Shown: one piece after another, positions 9,517-19,339 of the stretch
Layout of the letters: each line of letters opens with the position of its first letter
Position numbering within the stretch: the first letter of the stretch is position 1
Position numbers and translations under genes: made by a program
DNA from: Myxococcales bacterium
GTDB lineage: Bacteria; Myxococcota_A; Polyangia; Polyangiales; Polyangiaceae
Assembly (NCBI GenBank): GCA_005800325.1
Contig: SYFR01000388.1
Coordinates: forward strand, 1-42,250
DNA: 42,250 bases
Reading direction: 5' to 3'
The notes under the pieces: generated by a model
The model's database searches: none
What the model saw: only the letters and a program-made list of their open reading frames with translations
Told to the model about the DNA's origin: nothing

Positions 9517-10812
9517 TCAGGCTCGACCGTCACCGAGGACGAGGGCGCAGTTGTGCCCGCCGAAGCCGGCCGAGATCTTCAGCGCGTACCGAGCGCGAAG
9601 CGGTCGCGGCGCTCCCACGACGACGTCGATCGGACCGAGCTCGGGATCGAGCGTGTCGACGTTGATCGAGGGGTGCGCGACGCCGTCGCGGAGCGTGCAC
9701 ACTACAGTGATGGCCTCGACCGCGCCCGCGCCGCCGAGCAAGTGGCCGAGCATCGATTTCGTCGCCGACATCGGCACCGACGCGAGCCCGTCGCCGAAGA
9801 GCGCGCGCAGCGCCCGGATCTCCGCGGCGTCGCCCGCTACGGTCGAGGTCGCGTGCGGGTTCACGTAGCCGATGCGCTCGGGGCCGAGCCCGGCACGCTC
9901 GAGCGCCTGCCGGCACGCGAGCAGAATGCCGCGCCCGTCCTCGTGTGGCCGCGTGAGGTGCGCGCCGTCGCTGCTCATGCCGTAGCCGCACACCTCGGCG
10001 AGGATCTCGGCTCCGCGCGCCTCGGCGTGGTCCCGCGCCTCGAGCACGAGCGCCCCGGCGCCCTCGCCCATGACGAAGCCCTGCCGATCCGCGTCGAACG
10101 GACGGCTCGCCTTCGTGGGGTCGCCATCGCGTGAGCGTGCCAGCGCCCGCGCATTGCCGAACCCCGCGACGGTGTTGAGGCGCGTGGCGGCCTCGGCGCT
10201 GCCGACGATCATCAGATCCGCCAGGCCGGCTTCGATCATCAAGGCGCCGGTCGCGATGGCGTGCGTTCCGGTCGCGCAGGCGCTCGCGAGGTTGTAGCTC
10301 GGACCCATGAGCCCGTAGCGCATCGAGACGAGCGCCGTGCCGCTGTTGGGCATCACGCCCGGGATGAAGAACGGCGAGACGGCGCGCGGCCCGCGCTCGC
10401 GGCTCTTTTCGATCTGCTGCTCGAAGATGTCGACGGAGCCCTGCCCGGTCGACATGAGACAACCGAAGCGCGTGCGGTCGACCGGCGGCGCGAGCGCCGT
10501 AGCCGTGGCGCCGGGAACGTCCGCGCGGAAGAGCCCGCCGAACCCCGCCATGCTCATGGCCTCGGTCGCCGCCGCGAGCGTGAGCTGCGTGACGCGGCCG
10601 TAGATCTCGGTCTCTTTGCGCGAGAGGAGCCGCTCGCTCTCGAAGCCCTCGACCCTCGCTGCGACGTCGGAGCGAAGCGCGTCGGTCGGAAACTCGCGGA
10701 TGAACGACACGCCGCTCTCGCCGGCGAGCAGCCGTCGCCACGTGGTCGCGACGTCGAGCCCGAGCGGTGTGACCGCCCCCATGCCAGTGACGACGGCGGC
10801 CCGTCCCTTCAT
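9517..10812 (-). CDS. Beta-ketoacyl-ACP synthase II family (FabF/KasA-like elongating KS)
   Basis: Start MKGRAAVVTGMGAVTPLG. The active-site Cys lies in SACATGTHAI, and the His-His pair lies in NPHATST and KSMLGHLLGGAG. The ATG at 10812 overlaps the stop of the upstream desaturase gene (ATGA). The longer ORF to 11136 is an off-frame extension. Confidence 0.9.
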   Translation of the reverse strand: MKGRAAVVTGMGAVTPLGLDVATTWRRLLAGESGVSFIREFPTDALRSDVAARVEGFESERLLSRKETEIYGRVTQLTLAAATEAMSMAGFGGLFRADVPGATATALAPPVDRTRFGCLMSTGQGSVDIFEQQIEKSRERGPRAVSPFFIPGVMPNSGTALVSMRYGLMGPSYNLASACATGTHAIATGALMIEAGLADLMIVGSAEAATRLNTVAGFGNARALARSRDGDPTKASRPFDADRQGFVMGEGAGALVLEARDHAEARGAEILAEVCGYGMSSDGAHLTRPHEDGRGILLACRQALERAGLGPERIGYVNPHATSTVAGDAAEIRALRALFGDGLASVPMSATKSMLGHLLGGAGAVEAITVVCTLRDGVAHPSINVDTLDPELGPIDVVVGAPRPLRARYALKISAGFGGHNCALVLGDGRA

Positions 10813-11621
10813 CGCTGCGGACGCGCCTCGAGCGCAGCGCGCTGCGCGGAAAGCATCTCGTGGCGGCCGATGTTCAAGAACTTGAGCACCGGGAGGTAGA
10901 TCTTGCGAATGAAGAGATCGCGGTCGACGCTGCCCTCCGAGCGCATCTTGAGGATCCGCTCGTCGTAGTCGGGCACGAGGTCGACGCCGGGCATCTTGAA
11001 ATTGGCAAACACGAAGGCGAGGTCGGCGAGCGTGCCGGCGCGATCTTCCTCCAGCAGGGCCTCGGAGACGGCCTGATAGAAGCGCGTGTGCGCGATCTCG
11101 TCGCGAGCGATGTAGTCGTAGATCGAGAACAAGCACTCGTCGCCTTCGCGCTTCGCGTAGTCACGGTGCTTGCAGTAGATGACGAACGTCGCCTGCTCTT
11201 GAACGACTCCGTAGAGCGTCATCTGGCGCGCCGTCGTGAAGGGCGTCTCCCAGCGCTTCTCGGAGAGCGTGCGGTAGAGCTCGATCATCTGCGTGCGCGT
11301 CCGCTTGCCGGAGCGGACCAGGTACTCCCCGAGCGCCAGGGAGTGCTTGCTCTCTTCGTAGCCCCAGTTGGCCTGCCACCACGCGCGGCCGAACCAGTCG
11401 CGCACGACGTTGATGCCGCCCGCGACGTAGTCGGGCAGGTACATCTCGACCGAGGCGAACGTCTCCGCGCAGAGGGCGAGATCCTCGGGCGCGTCCGGGT
11501 TCACCTTGTCCCACGGAATGTCGTCGAAGACGCTCCAGCGCCGCTCGCGCTCGGCCTTCTCGAAAAACTCCATGTACGTGCGGTAGAGCCGCTCTTCGAG
11601 GTTCGTCGTCGGGTGGGCCAT
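10809..11621 (-). CDS. Soluble di-iron acyl-ACP desaturase family protein (DesA-like, ~270 aa)
   Basis: Two EXXH di-iron motifs (GYEESKHSLA and ARDEIAHTRF) plus candidate single Glu ligands (CAETFASVEMYLPDY, VVQEQATF). Size and layout resemble the soluble stearoyl-ACP desaturase / mycobacterial DesA family. Confidence 0.7.
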   Translation of the reverse strand: MAHPTTNLEERLYRTYMEFFEKAERERRWSVFDDIPWDKVNPDAPEDLALCAETFASVEMYLPDYVAGGINVVRDWFGRAWWQANWGYEESKHSLALGEYLVRSGKRTRTQMIELYRTLSEKRWETPFTTARQMTLYGVVQEQATFVIYCKHRDYAKREGDECLFSIYDYIARDEIAHTRFYQAVSEALLEEDRAGTLADLAFVFANFKMPGVDLVPDYDERILKMRSEGSVDRDLFIRKIYLPVLKFLNIGRHEMLSAQRAALEARPQR

Positions 11622-11728
11622 GGGTCAATCCTCGCTTCGGGGAGCTCGCGCGCCGCTCGTTCGTGCTCGCCGTTCGGCCGAGGCCGCTAGCGTCAGGCGA
11701 GTCGACGTTCAGCCGAGGGGGCTAGGCC

Positions 11729-11971
11729 TCAGACGAGCCGACGCTCGACGCGGCTGCAGAGGTCGCCGACCGTGACGATCTCGACCAGATCTTCGTCCGG
11801 GATCTGGATGCTGAGCTCGGTCTCCATCTCACCGACGATCTGCATCATCGAGAGGGAGTCGACGCCGAGGTCGGTGATGACGCTCGCGCGCGTGACGTCG
11901 TCGAAGCTGCGCTTGTCCACGCGCGCGGCGACGGTCTTGAACATGGGGAGGAGGTCGTGCTTGTCGGTCAT
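11729..11971 (-). CDS. Acyl carrier protein (stand-alone, 80 aa)
   Basis: The phosphopantetheine attachment motif LGVDSLSMMQIV is present, the size is typical for ACP, and a GAGGAA Shine-Dalgarno sequence lies about 6 nt upstream of the ATG. Confidence 0.85.
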   Translation of the reverse strand: MTDKHDLLPMFKTVAARVDKRSFDDVTRASVITDLGVDSLSMMQIVGEMETELSIQIPDEDLVEIVTVGDLCSRVERRLV

Positions 11972-12006
11972 TTCAATTCCTCACTAAGAAACTCGTGGTG
12001 CCGAGC

Positions 12007-12864
12007 TCAGGCATCCAGGCGCCGCAGCTCATACTGCGCGAGCGAGCTATAAAACTGGTCGAACGCGCGAACGCAAGTCGAGAGGTACCGGTCGTAGTCG
12101 TCGAAGACGTGGTCGCCCCACTCTTGGCGAATGCGCGCCTCGTGGAGGCGCATGCGGCGCAGCCACTCGGCCGTCGTGCGCTCGTAGTCGTGGCGGCGCT
12201 GCTTGACGGTGATGATTTCCCAGTAGGGGTTCACCGCTTGCACGATGTCTTCCAGGCGCGGATTCAGGCCGCCGGGAAAGATCACGTGCGTGCAGAAGTA
12301 GATGTCCTCGAGGTCCTTCTTGATGCGAGGGATCTTGTTGCGAAGGATCGTCTGCAGACCGAACCAGGCGCCCGGGTTCGTCACCTCGTGGCACTTCTTG
12401 AAATACGCGCGATAGATGTCGATCGCCTTGCCCTTGCGCGCCTCCTCGGGGGAGCAGAGGTGGTCCAACATGCAAATGGAAACGAGGGCGTCGAACTTCT
12501 CGGTCGTCTCCCATTTCATGAAGTCGGACTCGACGCACTCGACGCCGGGGAGCTTGCGGCGATTGACCTCTTCGGCCTGCGAGCTCGAGAGAGTGACGCC
12601 CACGGCGCGCTTCACGCTGCGCGACGTGGCGAGGTACTCGAGGCAGGCGCCCCAGCCGCACCCGATGTCGAGCACGCTCTTGTTCGCGGTGACCTTGGCG
12701 AAGTCGCTCAGGATGGAGAGTTTGTTGAGCTGCGCCGCCTCGAGCGACTGGTGCTCCGACTCGAACACGGCGCACGTATAGTTCATGCGCTCGTCCAGCC
12801 AGAGGCGGAAAAACTCGTTGGAGACGTCGTAGCTGACTTCGACCTCTTGCTTGTTGGATCCCAT
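12007..12864 (-). CDS. Cyclopropane-fatty-acyl / mycolic-acid synthase family (CMAS) SAM-dependent methyltransferase
   Basis: SYDVSNEFFRLWLDERMNYTCAVFE matches the CMAS N-terminal signature. VLDIGCGWGACLEYL is the SAM-binding motif I. The length of 285 aa is typical of the family. Confidence 0.8.
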   Translation of the reverse strand: MGSNKQEVEVSYDVSNEFFRLWLDERMNYTCAVFESEHQSLEAAQLNKLSILSDFAKVTANKSVLDIGCGWGACLEYLATSRSVKRAVGVTLSSSQAEEVNRRKLPGVECVESDFMKWETTEKFDALVSICMLDHLCSPEEARKGKAIDIYRAYFKKCHEVTNPGAWFGLQTILRNKIPRIKKDLEDIYFCTHVIFPGGLNPRLEDIVQAVNPYWEIITVKQRRHDYERTTAEWLRRMRLHEARIRQEWGDHVFDDYDRYLSTCVRAFDQFYSSLAQYELRRLDA

Positions 12865-12906
12865 GAATCGCTCCTCGGTTACGAACGTGTACGAGTGGGT
12901 AAGGGC

Positions 12907-14637
<1,731 letters not shown>

Positions 14638-14720
14638 CGGGCCTCCCGTGCCGCCGTGGCAGGCGGCCGGATAACACTGCGGGCGTCCTCTAGGCGAATT
14701 TTGGGCCAACGGGAATAGCG

Positions 14721-14810
14721 GCGATCAATCCAGAATAATTTCAATCATGTAGAGTAGAAACGCCGTTCGCGTGTCGAAAATTCGACACACCTGTGTGACC
14801 AAACTTCGAC
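14721..14810 (-). promoter_or_regulatory. AT-rich island (about 44% GC by hand count) upstream of the FAAL gene containing operator-like inverted repeats; probable promoter/operator of the lipid cassette
   Basis: gtgtcgaa-aa-ttcgacac (14771..14788) is an 8-bp inverted repeat. A cacac-ct-gtgtg repeat overlaps it at 14785..14796. TTCGACA is repeated at 14781 and 14805. On the minus strand TTGAAA lies at 14739..14744. No -10/-35 assignment is made. Confidence 0.4.
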
Positions 14811-14830
14811 AGGTGCCGCGGCCGCCAACG

Positions 14831-14948
14831 CAGGTGCGCTCAAGCGGCCGGCGGCGCGGGGATCGGCGGGAGCGCCCCGTTCGAAGAGCGGCGCGCGGCT
14901 CGCGGCAGGTGCGCTCAATCGGCCGGCGGCGCGGGGATCGGCGGGAGC
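14831..14948. repeat. 43-bp direct repeat (1 mismatch) with a 75-bp period; copy 2 is the 3' end plus stop codon of the lipoprotein gene and copy 1 lies in the downstream intergenic region
   Basis: Copy 1: 14831..14873 caggtgcgctcaaGcggccggcggcgcggggatcggcgggagc. Copy 2: 14906..14948 caggtgcgctcaaTcggccggcggcgcggggatcggcgggagc. Confidence 0.9.
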
Positions 14949-16024
14949 TCCTCGGCCGCGTAGCTGCGCGCGAGGCTGCTGCCGACGCCGGCACCGCTCG
15001 GGCTCGGCCCGAGGTAGACCTGCTCGGCCGTGAAGCTGCCTGAACCGCGGAGGACTCCCTCGTCATCCCGCGTCCACGCGGACTGGAGGTTGATGGCCTT
15101 CACGGTGATCGGCGGGCTCTGTACGACGACGTCGACCGGGAGGTTGCCGAACGAGTAGCCGCCGCCCTCGCTGTCGGTGACGCAGCCACGCACCGTGAAG
15201 CTATAGCCGGTAGGCGGCTCGAAGTTGGCAGAGAAGTCGACGTACCCGTCCGCCCCGCTCGTCTTCTCGGAGGGGGGGACGCACGCGGGCTCGGGATAGG
15301 TTCGGCACGCCTCGGTATCCTTGCAGGAGAGTCCGAGCGTCGAGCAATCGAGCGCGGGGTTGCGATCGCCGTTCGTGAACTGGCCGACGAAGTCTCCGGA
15401 GTCGGGATCGACACGGATGTCGGCGAGGAGCTGGATTTGCGCCGAGACCGGCTTGTCGACGTCGACCAGAAAGAAGTACGTGCCGCGCTCGGGAAAGGTG
15501 GTGGGCTTGACCTGGTCGCCGCAGCTGAAGGCGAAGCCGAACTTGATGATCTGGCGTACCTTCCAGGCGCGGCCGGCGTCGTCGGCGAGGCCCGAGTCTA
15601 CGACGAGCGCGAGCTGCGGGCCCACGGGCATCGTCTTCGACAAGGTGGCCGTGAAGACGCGCCTCGCTTCGTCGAGCTGCCCGAGTCCGCCCTCTTCGGT
15701 TTCGGGGTCCGAGCGGAAGAGCACGTCGAGCTCGGTCGCGGCATCCTCGTCCTGGTCGAACAGCCGGCCCTCGCCGTCGGTCTCGTATACGACGAGCTTG
15801 AACGCGAGCGACTCCGGCTTGATGGGCTCGCTGAAGGTGACCGTGAACGGGGCCGTCGGGTCCGGGAGCTGCCCCTCTACGAGGCCTTCGATCGCGACCG
15901 CCGGCGGCGCGTCGAAGGGGTCGCAGCCGGCGAGGGACAAGGCCGTGGCGAGGATGCAGGCACCGAGCGATGCTCCACGATGGGCGCCCCGCGTCGACGA
16001 GGCAAATGGGTAAGTGAAGATCAT
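14915..16024 (-). CDS. Lipoprotein, function unknown (possible Ig-like N-terminal domain)
   Basis: A signal peptide ends in the lipobox LSLAGC. The segment FTVTFSEPIKPESLAFKLVVYE resembles SbsA-type Ig-like domains (unverified). The C-terminal part contains several Cys. Confidence 0.65.
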   Translation of the reverse strand: MIFTYPFASSTRGAHRGASLGACILATALSLAGCDPFDAPPAVAIEGLVEGQLPDPTAPFTVTFSEPIKPESLAFKLVVYETDGEGRLFDQDEDAATELDVLFRSDPETEEGGLGQLDEARRVFTATLSKTMPVGPQLALVVDSGLADDAGRAWKVRQIIKFGFAFSCGDQVKPTTFPERGTYFFLVDVDKPVSAQIQLLADIRVDPDSGDFVGQFTNGDRNPALDCSTLGLSCKDTEACRTYPEPACVPPSEKTSGADGYVDFSANFEPPTGYSFTVRGCVTDSEGGGYSFGNLPVDVVVQSPPITVKAINLQSAWTRDDEGVLRGSGSFTAEQVYLGPSPSGAGVGSSLARSYAAEELPPIPAPPAD

Positions 16025-16098
16025 GGGCAGTCTCCGAAGCGGGCAGTGGGACGAGCTCGTAGGCAGTCAGCGAAGAGCAACTCGGCAGAACACATTGC

Positions 16099-17733
16099 TC
16101 AGTAGTAGAACGTCGTGCGGCCCTGAAGGAGGAAGCTGTTCACGGCGTCACCGTTCGCGTCCTCTAGCGCGTCTCCGGGGAAGAAGACGGCGCCTTCGAC
16201 GTCGAGCGCGAAGTGGTCGGCGAAGCGCCACTGGGCGCGACCGTCGAGCTCCACGCCGTAGAAGCTGCCGGGCTTGCCGCCGACGAAGTTCACGAGGTCG
16301 TCGTCGATGACAGCGCCGTCGCGCGCCTGGAGGCACGCGACCGGATCGACCACGGGGGCGGGCGCCCACGCGACGAGGACGCCGCCGCGGAGGAGCACCG
16401 ACTCGTGCGGCCGCACGTCGACCTGAGGAAAGACGGCGAAGGCGTCGGTGAAGGCGCCCATCGTGTCGACGCGCTCGGACGGAAACTTCGTCGCGCCGAG
16501 GCGCCTTGTAATCTCGGTGCCCGCGGACGACGCGCGCGCCGACTGCAGGCGCAGCACGTGCTCGAACATCAAGAGGCCGACGTTGTTGTCCTCGGCCCAA
16601 CGAAACTGGGTGAGCGGCGTGCTGGCCTGTGGGTCGCCGTCGCCGGATGCATAGTCCGTCTCGAGGTAGAGGCTGAAGAGCGGCTGGTCGAAGCGTACGA
16701 CCGCGCGCGCTCCGATTTGCCGGATCTCTTGCGCGACGACCGGATCGTTGTTGATGACCGCGTACGCATCGCTCACCTCCATCGTCTCGCCGAAGTTTCC
16801 CGCGACGTCGAGGCCGGCGCGCACCGGTCCGAACGTCGCCCAGACCTTTCCGCCCACCGTGTGAATGAGCGTCTCGTAGCTGGCATTGAAGCGATGTGCG
16901 TAGAAGCTCATGACCTCGAGGTCCGTTGCGACGCCGAGCTCCGGCAACGAAAAGAGCACCGCCGCCGCGACCTGATTGACGTCGTCGTCGTAGAGGATCG
17001 GACTGTCGGTCACGTAGCGGTCGTACATCGCCGCGACGCGCAGCCCCTCGTCCTCGCGCAGGTTGCGCTCGCTCTTCTCCTTGAACGCCTCGGCGGGCTT
17101 GGTCGCGAAGAGCACGCGGTCGACGCTGTCGCCGGCATAGGCGATGCCGAACCGGTTCTTGCGGCCGTCGCCGTCGGTGTTCTGCACGCCGAGGCCGATC
17201 CCCACTGCTTGGCGTCCGACGCGGAGCACGCCAATCGGCGTATTGACCTGTCCGAAGAGGCGGCGCACCGAGATCGCGTCGGCCTCGCAGAGCCCGAAGC
17301 CGTAGCCGCTCGGGGAGAGCGGGTCGCCGCCCTCGCGCAAGCGTATGCAAGGCTTGACGACGTTCGGATCGCGCGTCGATACCTGGAGCCCGCCGTTCGA
17401 TGAGGGGTCGCCGCCGAACGTCCCGTTGTCGCCGAAGAGAACGCCATCGAGGACGTCGAGCGAGGCGGTGAGCTTGACCTTCTCTTCGAAGTCGATGGTC
17501 CCACCGAAGCGCCCGCGGTGCTCGATGACTGCGTAGTTGCGCTGCGACTCCGTGTTCAGCGAGATGGGATCGACGTAGGTCGCCTGCGCGCGGTACTCCG
17601 CGTCGGCGACGACGCCCACGGCGCCGACCTCGTGGCGAACACCCGGCTTCTCCGGATCGGGGTCGGCCCATGGCTCGACCGCACGCGCCGGCGCCGTGAG
17701 GAGAAAGACTGAGATGGGTAAAGCTCTGCGCAC
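16099..17733 (-). CDS. Putative outer-membrane beta-barrel protein
   Basis: Signal peptide MRRALPISVFLLTAPARA. The protein is 544 aa with many Gly/aromatic alternating stretches, and the C-terminus GRTTFYY ends in an aromatic residue, as is typical for OMPs. I do not recognise a family. Confidence 0.6.
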   Translation of the reverse strand: MRRALPISVFLLTAPARAVEPWADPDPEKPGVRHEVGAVGVVADAEYRAQATYVDPISLNTESQRNYAVIEHRGRFGGTIDFEEKVKLTASLDVLDGVLFGDNGTFGGDPSSNGGLQVSTRDPNVVKPCIRLREGGDPLSPSGYGFGLCEADAISVRRLFGQVNTPIGVLRVGRQAVGIGLGVQNTDGDGRKNRFGIAYAGDSVDRVLFATKPAEAFKEKSERNLREDEGLRVAAMYDRYVTDSPILYDDDVNQVAAAVLFSLPELGVATDLEVMSFYAHRFNASYETLIHTVGGKVWATFGPVRAGLDVAGNFGETMEVSDAYAVINNDPVVAQEIRQIGARAVVRFDQPLFSLYLETDYASGDGDPQASTPLTQFRWAEDNNVGLLMFEHVLRLQSARASSAGTEITRRLGATKFPSERVDTMGAFTDAFAVFPQVDVRPHESVLLRGGVLVAWAPAPVVDPVACLQARDGAVIDDDLVNFVGGKPGSFYGVELDGRAQWRFADHFALDVEGAVFFPGDALEDANGDAVNSFLLQGRTTFYY

Positions 17734-17742
17734 GGCCCGACC

Positions 17743-18294
17743 CTACTTCCGATCGGGCTCGACCGCACCATGCCGTAGCCGAAGCTCTCTGCGACGTGCG
17801 GCGAGCTCGAGCCTCTGGTCGCGGCGCACCACCGCCTCGTCCCAGCGGAGCCGCTCTTCGGCGGTCTCGGCCACGAGGCGCGGGACGGCCGAGGGGCGCC
17901 CCTGTTCGTCGAGCGCGACGAACGTGAGGTAGGCGCTGACGGCGTGCGTGCGTGCGCCGGTGAGCATGTCCTCGGCCTCGACGCGGACGCCAATCTCCAT
18001 CGAGCTCTTGCCGACGTAGTTGACGAGAGCGCGCAAATTGACGAGCTGCCCCGCGCGAATGGGCGCCAGGAAATCGAGCTGGTCCATCGACGCGGTCACC
18101 ACGGCGCGGCGACTGTGACGCTGCGCCGAGAGCGCCGCGCAGACGTCGATCCAGCCCATCACGGTGCCGCCAAACGCCGTGCCGTGCGCGTTCGTGTGCT
18201 GCGGCATGACGATCTGATTCATCTCGACCGCGGTGTCCGAAGGGCGCCTCGCCGACGCGTCGGGCAGCGGGCTCTTCGTCGGGAGCGCGCTCAT
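17743..18294 (-). CDS. Hot-dog fold acyl-CoA thioesterase (YciA/BFIT-like)
   Basis: VMPQHTNAHGTAFGGTVMGWIDVCAALSAQRH...VTASMDQLDFLAPIRAGQLV...GKSSMEIGVRV matches the acyl-CoA hydrolase hot-dog pattern. The ATG at 18294 overlaps the upstream stop (ATGA). The ORF extension to 19275 is off-frame noise. Confidence 0.8.
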   Translation of the reverse strand: MSALPTKSPLPDASARRPSDTAVEMNQIVMPQHTNAHGTAFGGTVMGWIDVCAALSAQRHSRRAVVTASMDQLDFLAPIRAGQLVNLRALVNYVGKSSMEIGVRVEAEDMLTGARTHAVSAYLTFVALDEQGRPSAVPRLVAETAEERLRWDEAVVRRDQRLELAARRRELRLRHGAVEPDRK

Positions 18295-19229
18295 TGGGGC
18301 GACTCGACCGGAGCGCACGTCGACACGCCCGCACCGACGATTCGCATCCCGGTGTCGGGGATGTACGCGGTATCGACCGTGCCGTCGGAGGGGCGATAGC
18401 GATTCACGCGCGAGTTCGTGAAGCTCGCGGTGTAGAGATAAAAATCCCCGCCCCAGAACGAGAAGGCATACGCGTTCGGCACCTCGACCGTCGGCAAGGG
18501 GACGTTGCTCAGCGCGCCGGCGTTGGTTTTTCCGAGCTCCGCGACGACGACCGGTGACGTCGTAAAGAAGCCGAAAAGGCGCGCGTCTCCGGTGCCCGTG
18601 AGCTCCGCGGACTTGCCCGTGAGGCCTCCGGTGAAATTGCCTACCGGCTCGAGGACCTTGCCGTTGATGCGGCCAAGCTGCCCCGATGCGATGCCGGCGA
18701 CGAAGAGCGTCTCGGCGTCGGTGTCCACTGCGTCGCTCGAGAATCCCATTCCCAAGCGAGCCCAGGCGCCCGGGAGCTGCACGGCCGGCGCCGACTCGCA
18801 GGAGAGGTTCGCCAGATCGACGCGGAAGATCGCGCCTTGGAGATCGAACCCGTCGACGTAGTTGACCCACGCGACCGCGTCGCGCGAGACCGCCATCGAG
18901 TTCGGGAGCAGCCGAGTCGGGCAGCTCAGGTTCCCGAGCTTCGTGAGCTTCTTGTCCAATGGCGCGAAGCTGTAGATCTCGTTCGCGTCGGTGAGCAGGT
19001 AGACGAGCTTCGCGGCCTCGCTGCAATCGCTCGGGGTGCCGCTCGCGGTGCTCGTTCCGCCGCCGACTCCGGCCGTCAACGAGACGTCGCCACCGGCCCC
19101 CGTGTCGCCGCCGCCGACGTCGCCACTCCCCGTCGTCGAGGTTCCCGGCGGATCGTCGAAGTTGCTGCGCCGCGCTGCGGAGCACGCGACGCCGAAGAGG
19201 AGGAACGCGCCAGCCAGTCGTCGGTTCAT
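18291..19229 (-). CDS. Lipoprotein, function unknown
   Basis: MNRRLAGAFLLFGVAC is a lipobox signal. A Gly/Thr/Ser linker follows, then a ~240-aa globular part. The ATG is at 19229. The remainder of ORF 18291..20414 upstream is Arg-rich and overlaps the neighbouring gene. Confidence 0.7.
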   Translation of the reverse strand: MNRRLAGAFLLFGVACSAARRSNFDDPPGTSTTGSGDVGGGDTGAGGDVSLTAGVGGGTSTASGTPSDCSEAAKLVYLLTDANEIYSFAPLDKKLTKLGNLSCPTRLLPNSMAVSRDAVAWVNYVDGFDLQGAIFRVDLANLSCESAPAVQLPGAWARLGMGFSSDAVDTDAETLFVAGIASGQLGRINGKVLEPVGNFTGGLTGKSAELTGTGDARLFGFFTTSPVVVAELGKTNAGALSNVPLPTVEVPNAYAFSFWGGDFYLYTASFTNSRVNRYRPSDGTVDTAYIPDTGMRIVGAGVSTCAPVESPQ

Positions 19230-19339
19230 GCGGGTTGTACCTGGCCCGCATCCTACGTGCTGCGCCGGCCGACAAGAAGGGGCGTCATCAAGCGCGGCCG
19301 AGACGACAGCGGCCGAAACCGCTCTTCGAGTTGCCGACT

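Noticed and set aside
16148-18334. 728-aa minus-strand ORF overlapping the OM barrel and thioesterase genes in another frame
   Set aside because: The sequence is extremely Arg-rich (RRRR runs). The alternative frames give a signal-peptide barrel protein and a hot-dog thioesterase.
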